Assembly: GCA_976551045.1 (NCBI GenBank)
Contig: CDPCPM010000344.1
Coordinates: forward strand, 10,726,001-10,790,000
DNA length: 64,000 nt
Reading direction: 5' to 3'
Source of the DNA: Glaucostegus cemiculus
Taxonomy: Eukaryota
Below, in pieces: positions 14,291 to 27,384 of the stretch (its first letter is position 1; each line of letters begins with the position of its first letter). The notes under the pieces were generated by a model, which saw nothing but the letters and a program-made list of their open reading frames with translations, did no database searches and was not told the DNA's origin. A program made the position numbers and the translations under genes.

Positions 14291-14507
14291 ATATTGACGA
14301 CATCCTTGATTATAACTTTTAAAGAAATTGAGTGGATCTTTGAGCGAAGATATCTGTCAGCCTATAGCAAAACAACCTGGAAAACTTCTCGTTTCTTTTT
14401 GTGACTTTTTATGGGGGAAAAAATCTGAAACACTTATTTAAACAATCATCTGCAGTTGAGGGAACACATACTTTTGCCTGGATTTTAGGTTCTGAAGTTT
14501 CTTCGTG

Positions 14508-14584
14508 ATGACTCCGGTCTGCTTCCTGCGTTCGCTTCTCGTCCTGATCTTGGCTCTGTTGTCGGCCAATGCTAGTAACTGGCT
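14508..14584 (+). CDS. WNT4: Wnt4 coding exon 1 (signal peptide)
   Basis: ATG at 14508; translates MTPVCFLRSLLVLILALLSANASNW(L); 77 nt ending at donor CT|GTAAGT; matches the vertebrate Wnt4 N-terminus. Too short for the ORF track. Confidence 0.96.
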
Positions 14585-17386
14585 GTAAGTGTTGATAATT
14601 ATGACATTATTGTGTTTGTGTTATTATTGCAAAAGCAAGCTTTTGATTCTTGCATCTGAAGGCAGTGTGGTGCAGCCGGCAGAATACATGAGGTGAGAGT
14701 GTAAGGTTCAAACTTTCCTCGTCTTCCAATACAAAAAAAACACATTTTGTTTTCTAATCGTGTCTGGGTGATAGATTTCTATTTGAAAAAAAATCAGATC
14801 TGCAGATTCATCTGGATGAATGTTTTCCAAGTTGTCACTGAAGCGCTGAAATTCCCCAATAAAATAGAACCACCCTTTCAAAACACTAAACATATGTGGC
14901 GATTTCAAATGATCTGTGTTATATAATTTTACTGATACAGTGAAGTTGTATTTATTGTTATTATTTTGCGAGTTGTTTTCCACGCTTCGCTCAGCCCACG
15001 AGCGATGTCCCCAGGGGCGGAGAATGTCACTCTCATTTATTTATTTAAACCCATTAATTTTTGATTAGTTTAGGTGGGGTGATCCGAGAGGGTGAGAGAA
15101 AAGTAGACTTGTGCAGACCTGTTCGAGACTTCAGGAGATACGTGCTTTCAATTAATCCTCATTTTTTCATTCATACTGTGAGTGAAGGTACGGTCCGATG
15201 ACAGGCATCATTTAAATCGAGGCTTTCCCACGAGACTGATTTATTCCGATAATTTATTTCCTAAAACCACGTCTTTATATCTCAATGGTGAACAAAATGT
15301 TGTTAGGATAGTCATAGCGTGGTGGTACCACAGATAATCCCTCTCTCTGTATTGTACTGATGCCCCGTCTATATGAAATGTCACCGGTTCTGTAATTTAG
15401 ATCCTTTTTGAAAAATAAAATGTTTATAAGCATCCCATGTCTGGCAGAGGTGGCTGCAGGGGTGGGTATGGAACTGCTGTTTAAAAAAATGTATATCAGG
15501 AATTGAGATGTGTTTAGAGCAACGGCAAGTAACTTAAAGAAGCAACGTAACTTTAGTGGAATGACATACTGGATCTGCACAATTTGCATTTTATGTGATT
15601 TATGAGGCGCTGAAATTAAATGCAATTGTTCTGTCCTTCGCTGCTATTGTGCAGCACGCATTTCGTCCTGTATAAGCAAGAGAGCAAATCTGAGAGCGGG
15701 TGAAGGCAGAGATAGAGAGTGTGAGAGAGGTGGATCTGTCCATTTCCCATGTCTTATTAAAGAACGTATTTGTTTTCCAAACGATACTGGGCAAATCGGA
15801 GGAGGGGGAGCTGTTTGGGGGAGTTGAAGGTCAGCTTTGCACAACAACGGCCTGGTACACTGTCATAGTGCTGAGTGCGAACCGCTCAAACAACAGTTAC
15901 CTCGTCATTCCCATTTGTATTTACTGTGCAGTACCCTACCCTAAAGAGCGTAGGATGGGCATTCTCTCCCAAGTTCTGGTTACTCCAGGATCTGGGAGCT
16001 TAAAAGGTTAAATAAAAATGTACCAAACTCCAGAAGGCAAAATCCAGTAACCATTAACCCTTTAATTAGAATACATTTTATTTTGGCTACAGCTTTGAGT
16101 CCTTTAGATAATGGAAGCCTGTTGATATTCAATAACTTTTAGAATCCGAGAGCTCTGTAAATGCTGAATTATTTTAACTTAACGGGAAGCTCCATTGTTA
16201 CTGTGACCAATGTTATACTGACTGAACCAGCAGCTTCACGCTGGTGAATGGGGAGAAAACTCATTAACCGCAAGGTGGGTGTCCGTAATTCACCGCAGGT
16301 CCCTATTCCGCAGTGAAATTTAGTGGCATAACTCCCCATAAACTATAAAAACACAGCAAGGGGAGGTGATTTTTTACCTTTGAGTTTGTTTAGCTTTCCC
16401 CGTGCTTTGTTGCAATTGTCTGTCTAAATAATTGTTCCTTTTCCCGTATGTTATTTTATGAATTTATTTTCGACTCTAATTATTTATTGACGGAATATAC
16501 CATATCTTAGGATTTATTCGACAATGTATAGTGCAGGGAGAAAAACAGTCAATACGATGCATGTTTTGAAAATTCTGCGTGATAAATGTGACGTACAACA
16601 CATTATTTGAATTACACAACTCCCTCAATCAATTCCCGGTGTTTCTTTCAAGATTTCACACTGTAAAATCTCCAGAAATTCAAACATTTTACATCCCTCT
16701 TCAAACAGGAGCACAGAGCCCTAAGTGCTTCAGGGTAAAGGTGGACGTTTTATGTAATACGGCTCATCACCAAAACAAAGTAGTTCTCTTCAAAACAAAA
16801 AAAAAACCATTAAATATCACACATGGAGTTGGAAAATAAACGCAGGGACCAAAGTTTTTATAGTAATTTGGGGCCGTCTGCTTAACGTGCCTTTACTCTA
16901 CTCTTCTCTTCTAACAGAGAACGCGACTTTATACAATGTTCCCTGATATCGTTTACCTCAAATGTTACGGAAGGAGCGATTTGGGAAAGTTGGAATTTAC
17001 AAATAATTTGCGTTGCGCAATTTTTCAGATTAGAATCTCTATAGTCTAATGTGTTTACTAGCACTTGAGTGTAAAACACTAAACTTTAAGAGAAGTCTCC
17101 AGGCAAAACATACAGCTAAGACACTGTTGGCACTGGCCCAGGGAATGTGTTTGGGGGTTCTGAGGATATGATATGTGGATTGTGCTGTAATAGATCCGTT
17201 TTACACTGAGCTAGATCCCCTATTTCTAATTCCAGTGGATCCCCCGTTTTGAAATGCGACAGATCCTGCGGTGAGCCCTCCATTTATGTTAAACCGCTGC
17301 ATTCCCTATTGTTTTACACTGGCGGCTCCCCAATGGATTGGCTTCTGCTAACCCGCTGCTTTTTCTGTCGTTGTCTGTTTTCACAG

Positions 17387-17622
17387 GTACCTGGCCAAGC
17401 TGTCGTCCATCGCCAGTATTCAGGACGAGGAAACGTGCGAGAAGTTGAAAGGTTTGATAAACCGACAGATCCAGATCTGCAAGCGGAATGTGGAGGTGAT
17501 GGACTCGGTGCGGAGAGGAGCCGAGCTGGCGATCGAAGAGTGTCAGCACCAGTTCAGGAACCGCCGCTGGAACTGCTCCACTGTCGATACGCTGCCTGTA
17601 TTCGGCAAAGTGGTCACACAAG
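17387..17622 (+). CDS. WNT4: Wnt4 coding exon 2
   Basis: Acceptor ttttcacag|G; [78 protein letters not shown]; 236 nt; donor AAG|GTACTC. Confidence 0.97.
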
Positions 17623-19879
17623 GTACTCAGAGGCCGGTAATCCCGGGTTACAGCACACAAGGTACTTAGATCAGAGGCAACAAATCCAGGGCATGAGCCA
17701 AGAATAGTGCAAGGATCCGTGACAATGCACAGTTAAAATATTGTCATGGAAAGCTCAATTAAATCAGAGTCTGGCAGTACTGGGTTTCAGTAACGACTAA
17801 ATGTCTTTCAGGAGACAGGGGCTGAGAAATGTGGTGGATTGATCCGTGAGAACAGAAATGGGTGCCTTCTTTATGCTGCATCCTGCCTAAAGTTCTTTTA
17901 TCATGTAATCGAGGAATATGGTAAGAGAACTGTGATAAAGGCAAATAAGGTATAAGGAAGGAAAGAGGTTCCATTGGGAGAGAGTTACCATTCCCACATT
18001 CAGCACGGTTGCTGGATGGTGGGTACAGACTTGGGGACCAAAAGGTCTGTTTCTGTGCTGTATCTCTCACGGACTAGATCTGTCATTGCAGATTTCATAC
18101 ACACAGATATAAAAAAATAATAATCTGGGGATTGAACACAAAAGATCTTGAGACCAGGAGTGCTGATCACCCATAAATTAATAATATTGAAGCACAGGGA
18201 ATGAATGCACATGCACATCTGTGACAACAGATACAGGAATATACTGTGCCCCTCATTCTCAGGAAAAATTAATTAGCGAGAAAACCAATAAAAGATGAAC
18301 TTCAATAATTGCTCTCCAGGCCATCTCTAATTTATCAACACACCGCAGCTTTCTACTCTTGTTTCCGAAAAGTCAACTATGTTGTCCTCTTCATGGGTTG
18401 AAATCATGAAATACTATAGTGTCACTTTTTCCAATCCACTCTTTCCCAAGAATTCAAACCTGTGGAATTCTTTGTCTCCCTCAGTTTTCCCACATTCCTC
18501 CTATCTACAAGTTAAGAAGCCCAGCCCAGAACTATCATGACGTAACTTAGTTCCTCCTCAGTTCTTTATGACCTTTGGGGGTATTTGAGGGTTTCTGCCC
18601 TTCCTCTGAATGAAAAGAACAATTAAAAGTAGAAGATAAGAGTCCCGAGAGAGCAGAATTATACCAATGAAACTCTTGGAAAATCAAATGTCAACTGAGA
18701 GTGAAATTATTGTTACTGTATTCTGGAACTGTAGATCAGTGATAGCAATCATAAGATAAATTTTCAATCTAGAAAAGCAAAAACACACAAGTTCTGCCAA
18801 TAAGATATGTGTGATGTAGAGGCACAGAATAGAAAAGACAGCAATCCTGGGAATGATAAATACACTGATCATATTTTCAAGCTAAAACCAATTAAGGAGT
18901 TTCCTGGATGGTTCCATGCGTTTATTCAGCAAATATTCCTCAAGTGTGAGGCTCAAATATCTGTTAGATGCCAGATTAAGGAGGACATGTATATGGGCAA
19001 GTTGCAGTGCTCCTGAATACTCCGCTGTGCACTGTGGACTGCAGGTGAGGGCATAATTGGACTTAAACGTGATGCCTTCTATGATAAAAGAGCTTGCTGA
19101 TTGTTGGAGTTCACACAAATCAGTAGTGGCCAACAAATTCAGGAGAACAAGGAGGAAGAAAAATAATTAAGAACACAGATAATGACATAGCTTCTAACAT
19201 TGGAAAATAGTGAAGAAAAATAGTTGATATTAGTAATTCAGACAATGAGATAAGAGGCTGGTTGGTTCATTCAGCTTCTGTCAGGGCTTAAAGCAGGTGA
19301 CAATAGTCAGCCACCTGGGATAAATTCCCATGATTTCCATTTACATCCAAGCCAATGGAAATGAACATTAATAGGTTTATGCTACTGCCTGTGTGATCAA
19401 CTATTTTCATTCACCATCAATGAACTTGAAAATTCTGACCCATCTCTTTACTTCTAATTGGTCACGTACTTCCAGCATCTTCATTACATGTTATTTTCAA
19501 TGTTTTAAATCTTTGACAATCCACACACTAACAAACAAAATACATTGGATTAAAGAAGCCAAGATGTATATTACAAGGCATAAAACAAACAGACACAGAC
19601 ACACTCACAGACTCTAATGCCAGTGGCTTCACAGACACGGTAGGAGCACCATTATGGTATCCTGAAACAGAGTGGGGATCATAATCCCAGGACTATCATG
19701 TACAGTACAATTACAGACATTCCAGAACAGTCACCCAAAACAAGAACAAGATCGAACAAGAAACATTCTTGGAAAAGTAATAGAACGGGCAATTCCTTCA
19801 CCAAGATTGGTCATTTCCACTTGAAACTTTGCTTGTCCCTACTCTAGTTTATCTGCTACTTTAATCATCATTTGTAAAT

Positions 19880-20390
19880 TTGTATCCTACACCCTCAGTA
19901 AAATTAAGCTTATTTGAAACTCTGCTGCCTTTATTCTTATTTGTACCAGATCCTGTCCGTCCATCTTTCTCTGGTGCCCACTCACCTGTATTGGCTCACA
20001 TTCCCTCAGTGACTCAGTTTTAACATACTGGTTCCCATCCTCAAATCCATCAGAGCCCTATTTCTGTGTTTTCTGCAGCCCTGTGACTTTTAGGAACTCC
20101 TCTGAAACATGACTCATGCATCTGCTTTTCCTTTCTCCCCATCACTGGTAAATGTCCTATCAATAATCTTGCCCTTTAGTCTGGAATTCCACTTCTAAAC
20201 CCCTCTGTTTCTCCACTCCTATCTTTTATATTAAAATCCTCCTTAAACACAACCAGAGTTTTAGTCTCATGTTTATTCACCTGTCAAAATAGCTCCTTCT
20301 AGATCTCAAATTCAAACTTCAAATCATTATATTCCCGTGAAGAGCTTTGGGATTTTTTTTTCTAAAGGATTTATATAAATGTTGTAAGTA
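19880..20390 (+). mobile_element. Decayed L2 LINE 3' end
   Basis: Residual KLI*NSAAFIL and HLYWL motifs followed by a gtgaagagctttggga...tatataaatg L2-type tail. Confidence 0.6.
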
Positions 20391-22215
20391 GAGCTATATA
20401 CAGAATTGAGCAGTCATGCACAGAACAGCAGCAGTAACATTGTGAAAATAATGCATAAAGGTGTCATTTTAAGACAGAACAGATTTAATGTAGGTCAAAT
20501 ATTGATCATGTGAGATAATAAAAATGGAATTAAAGACAGGAGATCAAGAACAGTTGTATGTGGAAAGAAAGGCTACATTCAGAATTAAATTGATATTAAT
20601 AAAAGGAAAGACTTCATTGCTTTACAAAGATAGTACAGGTAAATCAGGGACAGATGTTCAGTAAAACCCTTAAAGCATTCCAAGTAAATTAAAACAGATA
20701 GGCTTGATTGTGGGGACTTGGGATCTGAAGGAAATTGCAGATATCAAAAGAGATGGTTGGGAAAGTATAACATCTTGCAGTAACTGTAATAGGATTTACA
20801 ATGGAATCCTGGGCTTTGAGAAGGCTTAGTCAGAGATGGAGATATGCAACAAAATATAATACATGTAGGCAAATAACCATGTGTAGATATTGGACATTAG
20901 ACCATGTAAATTATGCATTGAACACATCTGAGAAACTCAACATTAAAATTCCTGGAGTGCTAGGTTCATTTACACTAAATTTAAGGCTAGTCAAGTTTGA
21001 GCAGGTTTGTGCGGAATCGGCCCTGGGTATAATACTAGCTATGCCTGTAGACACAGATACCCAAATATACAATGCATGAGTATGAAAGTTCAATTTTCTC
21101 TAGCAGCTATTAATCTTTGTGACACTTTATAAGTATTTTATCGGTATTGAAGTATTATAGACAAACCAAATTGCAATGTTTGCATTGGTACAACATAGTC
21201 TTTATAAGGAATAATTTAACTATGGTTTGAGTTGGGAACACTTGAATTTTGACAAAAGAAAGTTTGAGACTTTATTGATCACCTGGTCTATGCATGCCCT
21301 GCAATGTATGTTACCAGTGGAGCTTAATTGAGATTTTAAAATATACCAGATAGTCCACTGAACAATCTTAACATTGTTAATACTGGTATAATCTTTTTAT
21401 TTTAGAATGATCTGTCCAATACAAATACAGAACATTTGATCAGCTTCTGACCCTGATGGGCAGAACTCTTTGAGTATTTAATATGCGAATATGTCAATCT
21501 GCAATCTTCACAACTCAACTTACATCCAAATCAGCTACTGAAGGCACTGTAAAAGAGTTAATGACTCCTTCAAAATCAGTATAAACACACTGATCAGCAC
21601 ATGACTGAACTATACTGACCAAGGTGGTAACTGGCTCCACCTATGCTCCCTCACCTCTTTTTCCCAGTACATTGATGACTGTTTTGGTGCTTTATCCACA
21701 ATTTCTGCTTTGTCAGCTGATTTCAGCTCCACTTTTACTTTGGAACTCAAGTGACTTGAAACAGAAATAGAATATGAATGTATCCCAAAACCATTTTGCA
21801 GGAGCCCCTTTAAAACAAATCATGAACTTTTTCACTTGACCTTAGCATAAATGGGAAGAGCAAAAGAAAAACTTACTCAGCTGGTCCTAATTACAGTGTC
21901 ACCATTGACCAGAAACTCAACTGGAATAGCCTCATACAATGGCTATAGAGCTCAGCCTGCAAAGCCCACATCCTTTGAATGAATGAAAAAAAAATTGCTG
22001 GCCATGCCAACATTGCCCAGATCCTGAAAATGAAATTGTTTAAAGAAGTACACATTTTGGGTCCAACTTTCATGTCCCATTGATCAATTGGATTGGATAC
22101 TCCCAGACCAAGATCTTATCACATGTATTACACCTTACCTCTTAGATCTTAGGAAGAATGGGTAAGAGGATGAACATTTCATGCTGTAATACTCTGACTC
22201 TAACCCAGAGCAGAT

Positions 22216-22572
22216 ATTATTGGTATTGGTTTATTATTGTCACTTGTACTGAGGTACAGTGAAAAGCTTGTCTTACAAACCGATCATACAGGTCAATTCA
22301 TTACACAGTGCAGTTACATTGAATTAGTACAGACTGTGTTGATGTAAAAACAATAACAGTACAGAGTAAAGTGTCACAGCTACAGAGAAAGTGCAGTGCA
22401 ATAAGGTGCAAGGTCACAACAAGGTAGATCGTGAGGTAATAGTCCATCTCATTGAATAAGGGAACGGTTCAATAGTCTTATCACAGTGGGGAAGAAGCTG
22501 TCCTTAAGTCTGGTGGTATGTGCCCTCAGGCTCCTGTATCTTCTACCTGATGGAAGAGGAGAGAATGTCCTG
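22216..22572 (-). mobile_element. Rex1/Babar-type LINE 3' end
   Basis: Minus strand encodes FSPLPSGRRYRSLRAHTTRLKDSFFPTVIRLLN, then a 3' UTR ending gtgacaataataaaccaataccaat. Confidence 0.8.
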
Positions 22573-24480
22573 GGCATCACTCATGGCACTGTGATGGGGA
22601 CAATTTTGAGGCATAGACTGAATTGTTGGGAGACAGTTACTACAAGCCTAACCTTAAACTGAATTTGTATCTAAAGCGAGTAAGGGGATTGAGAGACCTC
22701 AAACTGAATAAAGGCTGGCTTGAGGATGAGAGAAACAGGCCCAGAAATGAGCCAACCATTAACTTACTGGGTGGTGTCAAAAAGTTCCTTGTCACTTTCA
22801 GCCCAAAAGGCTTGGAGCCTCTGTAAAGGACCCAGCAGCAACGATCTAATGGCACCGCGGGGAGTAATAGTGAGCGAGAGGGAGCTGTAGGAAGTGTGTG
22901 GGTTGACGAGTGTGGGATTCCATGGATTAGAGCGACCTCCGCTGTCACGACACAGCCCTGCAAGGTGAGGACACTGTGGCATCGCAGTTCACCCTGCCCC
23001 AGCATGTGCTAACCTCCTGCCTTTTCCCCTGGATGTTAAAGCGCGAATTTAGCTCAGTCAAATGCAGACGTTTAATAGAAAACAATGTAGACAGCAAGCG
23101 TCCAGCTGCCGCACCCTGGGTATTGATTCTCATGGCATCGAGTTATACGCAAGGGTCGGTGACATGTTGCTCATATCCTCCGCTTGCAGGTCGGTCGAGT
23201 CCATGGCAAGAGCACAAAATATATCACCAATTTTCACTGATTGGATTCAGTTGTTATTAATGCGTGAAGGCAATGCATTTGGACAAATTGTTTTATGTGC
23301 ATTTAATTTCCCTAAATTTAAAAAAATCAGAACATGTATCACTGATTATCTGCAGCCACTTCCTTTTCTGAAGACTTTTGTCAGTTACTGTGGTGTAATC
23401 GCAAACAAGTCAGTATTAAACATTGACAGACCTACGTTCAACCCCTCGAACTCACTCTGCCATTCACTGAGATCACAGGTGATCCGTAGCACAACTTCCA
23501 CTATGTACTCATCCTAGCTCCTTATTGAATGAAAGCCTATTAACAGCCACCAGAACCTGTAAACCTGGCTTATTTACCACCTCTTCTAAGGATCACAGAT
23601 CAATTTTAGACCCTATTCTTGAACTGAAAATTGACCAGGTTCCCAAGTTCAGGATCTCACTTGATCTGCATGGTTCAAACCACGCTGGATGGTTCGTTTG
23701 CTCATTGGGGCGTGGAACTGGTCTTAAATCAATGAATCATACAAACCTACGACGGAAGACCATTCATCCCAACTTGCTGGTGCTCGGTCTTTGAAAAAGC
23801 GATCAGTTAGTTCCACTCTCCTACTCCTTCTACATAATACCACAGATCCTGCCTTTTCAAAATTATGTTCCAGGTCCTTTGAATGCTACTACTCAGTTTA
23901 CTTCCAGTGACTCAGATAAAACTTTGGAGCCTAGAAACTGGATCCACTAGTGCACTTATATCATACTTATCAAAGTTGATACTTCTGGCAATGCACTTTA
24001 ATAGAATCACAGAATGATATAGTAGAGGGAAGTCACTGAGCTCATCATTCTTGTTGGGCAATTCTTTGAAAAATCTATCCAATTGATCTCTTTCCACTGC
24101 TCAACTCCCATAGCTCTCTAAATATTCTCCCTTTATGTACTAATCCAGTTGTCTTTTTTAAATGATATTAAACCCACGTTATTTTATATTATTGCAACTG
24201 AGTTTTTCTTTTCTCGTGTTGCTACTGGTTCTTTTGTTAACAGCTTGCCAATTAAACCTGCTTTCTCTTCCTGCTGCTGAAAGGGATTTCTCCTCTATCA
24301 AAGCATTTCATGGTTTTGAACACCTTTATCACATCTTTCTCTTCACTGCTCCAAGCAGAACAAATCTCATGCTTCTAATTTCACCATGTAACTTTTTCAC
24401 CTCTAGTACCATTCCAGTAAATTTAATCTACACTGTTTCTTTAGACCTTTATATCCTTCCCCATGTGTGATGCCCAGAAA

Positions 24481-24945
24481 TAGGACATAGGACACAGAAC
24501 ACTACAGCACAGTACAGGTCCTTCGGCCCACAATGTTGTGCCTACATTTTATTCTTCTCTAAGATCTATTTAACCCTTCCCTCCCACATAGTCCCCTATT
24601 TTTCTATCGTTCATGTGTCTATCTAACAGTCTCTTAAATGTCCCTAATGTACCTGCCCCCACAACCTCTCCAGGCAGTGCATTCCATGTACCCACCACTC
24701 TCTATGTAAAAAAAACGTACCCCTGACCTTATACATCCCCCTTATACCTCCCTCCAATCACCTTAAAATTATGTCCCCTCATGTTCACCATTGTCACACT
24801 GAGAAAAAGCCTCTGTCTGTCCACTTGATCTACGCCTCTTATCATCTTGTACACCTGACCATAATATTCCACGTGAGGCCAAACCAATGTCTTGCACAAG
24901 TTTAGCATAATGTCCTTGCTTTTGCACTTCATGCTTTTGCTAACA
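24481..24945 (-). mobile_element. CR1 LINE 3' fragment with internal deletion
   Basis: ORF 24729-24932 joins LVWPHVEY directly to VYKMIRG...RGHNFKVIGGRYKGDV; CR1 tail at ~24481-24540. Confidence 0.85.
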
Positions 24946-25299
24946 AATGTGTGATAGTCTTAATAAAAAGCTCAAATTACCACGTTTCCTAATATAGACA
25001 GTCCCGTTACTTCCAGTACATCATCAACCCACGAAGATTAGGCAGATGAAATTAGTTTGTTTTACAGCTTAAGGGTATATAATTGAAAAAAAGAATCACA
25101 CAACCTCTGCTAGACTTCCCTAACATTACTGTGCAGTGTTAGAACAAAAATGAAGGGGAAGAGAACACTTATCCTTTGTGTTTTGAACAGCATGGACTAT
25201 TTTGGCACCAGCCAGACCCCTGGCATGCCAAACCCAGGTAACTATGCACTGTTTGAGTTCATAATTGGCACTCAATTGGTTTGCATTTTTTTAACTAAA

Positions 25300-25435
25300 T
25301 TATTTATAATAGGTCAAAATATTCCTACATTACAACAGTGACTACACTTCAAAACTACTTCATCAGTAGAAAAGAGTTTTGCAATGCCTTGAAAGATTTT
25401 CTAAAGGAGGCTATATAAGTGCAAGTCTTCCTTTT
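25300..25435 (+). mobile_element. 3' part of a Deu-type SINE / L2-derived tail
   Basis: ttcctacattacaacagtgactacacttcaaaa...ggctatataagtgcaagtcttcc resembles the recalled SacSINE1/AmnSINE-type 3' region. Confidence 0.55.
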
Positions 25436-25611
25436 ATACAACGCCTGTTAATGCCTATAGGTTCTCATCACTATGATGCAAATAAGATACTGAGTAGTTG
25501 CACTAAGCTATGTTTTTCAATCATAATCCTCTACTAAACAAACATTTAATATTGTTTATATTTTGAATATAGTAATTCCCTCCCAAACCTCTTTTTCAAA
25601 GTTGTACAGTT

Positions 25612-25790
25612 AGTCATAGAATCATACAGCATGGAAACAGGCCATTCAGCCCAACTCATCCATGCTGACCAGTGGACTCCCTTCTGCATTAATCCCATCA
25701 ACCAGTCTTCTATGCCTAAGTGATTTAAGTTTTCCTCTACACACTTCTTAAATGCTGTCAGTGACCCAACATCAACCACTATCTCAGTCT
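25612..25790 (-). mobile_element. Short CR1 3' end
   Basis: gtcatagaatcatacagcatggaaacaggcc tail; minus ORF SLTAFKKCVEENLN. Confidence 0.7.
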
Positions 25791-27384
25791 AAAGAGCTTA
25801 TTTCCGTACACTGTATTCATTCAGGCCCATATTACAAAATGAGGGTCAAAACCACTTGGTGGTATTTCATGTTATCCCAGTCTCACAAACTCCTGATTAA
25901 AGCAACCAAGTTTCCATTTTTTTGTGATTCAGTTTTATTACAGTGTTCATTAACTCAATTAAACTTCATATTGTTGACAAGGACATTTGGCCCTTAACAC
26001 CAATGTTGGCTTTCTGAAATTTCAACTTATTTCTGGTCTCCTTAAAAGAAATTTCTTCCATATTTTATCCACATTCCTTTTAAATTATGAATTGTGACCA
26101 TTACTAGTGAACATTCTGTGTCAGGAAAATACTTCACCCTGCCCCTCCCTTCGTTTATTTGGTGATGAGCTCAAAATGATGCAATCTAGATACTGCACAA
26201 TGACATACAAATAAAGCAGGACCAGCACTTTATGAAGTGGCTTCATTCCCAACTTCCGGGAACAAGTTCTTCATGTGAACAAATGCAATGATTGGTAATA
26301 GTCCTGCTTGATGTGGATAATCAATTCACTGTCATTGTCAGAGAAGAGGGGTTGTTGACTTTAAACTAATCTATTCAGGTCAACGGAGCAATTTTTTTGC
26401 ACCTTTCCTTCAGATCAGGGAAGGTATGGATTCTAAGTGAAAAGATAAGGAACGTGCCTGTCACATGCACAAATCTTTAAAGGAGTGGAGAATGAGATGT
26501 TTATTCCTTTTGCCGTATGCATGGCTTTAAGGTGGTGTCATCATAACCTTGGCTAAGTCACACTGGATGTTGCTTCCTCTCTGTGAGGCAGATCCTTACT
26601 TCCATGCTTAACATTAACCCACCAAAATGAGACACTTATCCAAAAGCATAGTCATTCATGTTCTGCCGCTCTGGTTGACCATCTTAGATCTGTTCATTCC
26701 TTTCAGATCCCCAACTTCCATTCTTTGTCTCCTTATCTTAGATGGCCAACTGAAAGTAGGATATGTATTTGTACTAATGTGTATCACCAATGTCTTGGAC
26801 AATGGTGGAGAGGGAGGGGAAGGGGATGGTTTATCACTGGTGAGGCTCCACCAATCCCCACAGAGTCTAATTAATTTTTTTAACTGGACTAGTTACATTA
26901 GAGTGATGAACTGAAACTATGACTGTTCTATTTCCCTCTCCACCCTGGGGTGTTGAGCCCATTTGTAACACTCCTATTGTCATCCCACTCAATTAAGCTA
27001 ACTGAATGCAGATTAGTATGCCCTGATGTGAACAACACCTGTGGGGAATTTACCAGCCATTGAGGGTTCTTATTCATATCTAACTGAATAATAACAGTCA
27101 TAGCAGCAAATTGTGCTATAATTTATGTTCACAGTACCCACTTAACAGTAGATTTCTTACTTCCTGTCTCATATTTCCAAATGCTAATTTGTTAATTAGT
27201 TGTATATGTGACACTTTAACACCTCATTAATCATCATCTAGGCTAGGCACTCTAAATCCACACTGCAAACTATGATTGTTAGCACACAAAAAAAGTATTT
27301 TAACACTATTACTTTTGTGTGTCGCAGTCCATTTGCGCTTTGAATATATACACATTGTTGAAAAAGTATTTTTAAGTACTATCC

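Noticed and set aside
14585-17386. Estrogen response element analogous to the one reported in human WNT4 intron 1
   Set aside because: I saw only isolated half-sites (for example AGGTCA at ~15828) and no full GGTCAnnnTGACC palindrome.
17249-17707. 152-aa and 123-aa ORFs overlapping exon 2
   Set aside because: Alternate-frame and antisense shadows of the GC-rich Wnt4 exon.
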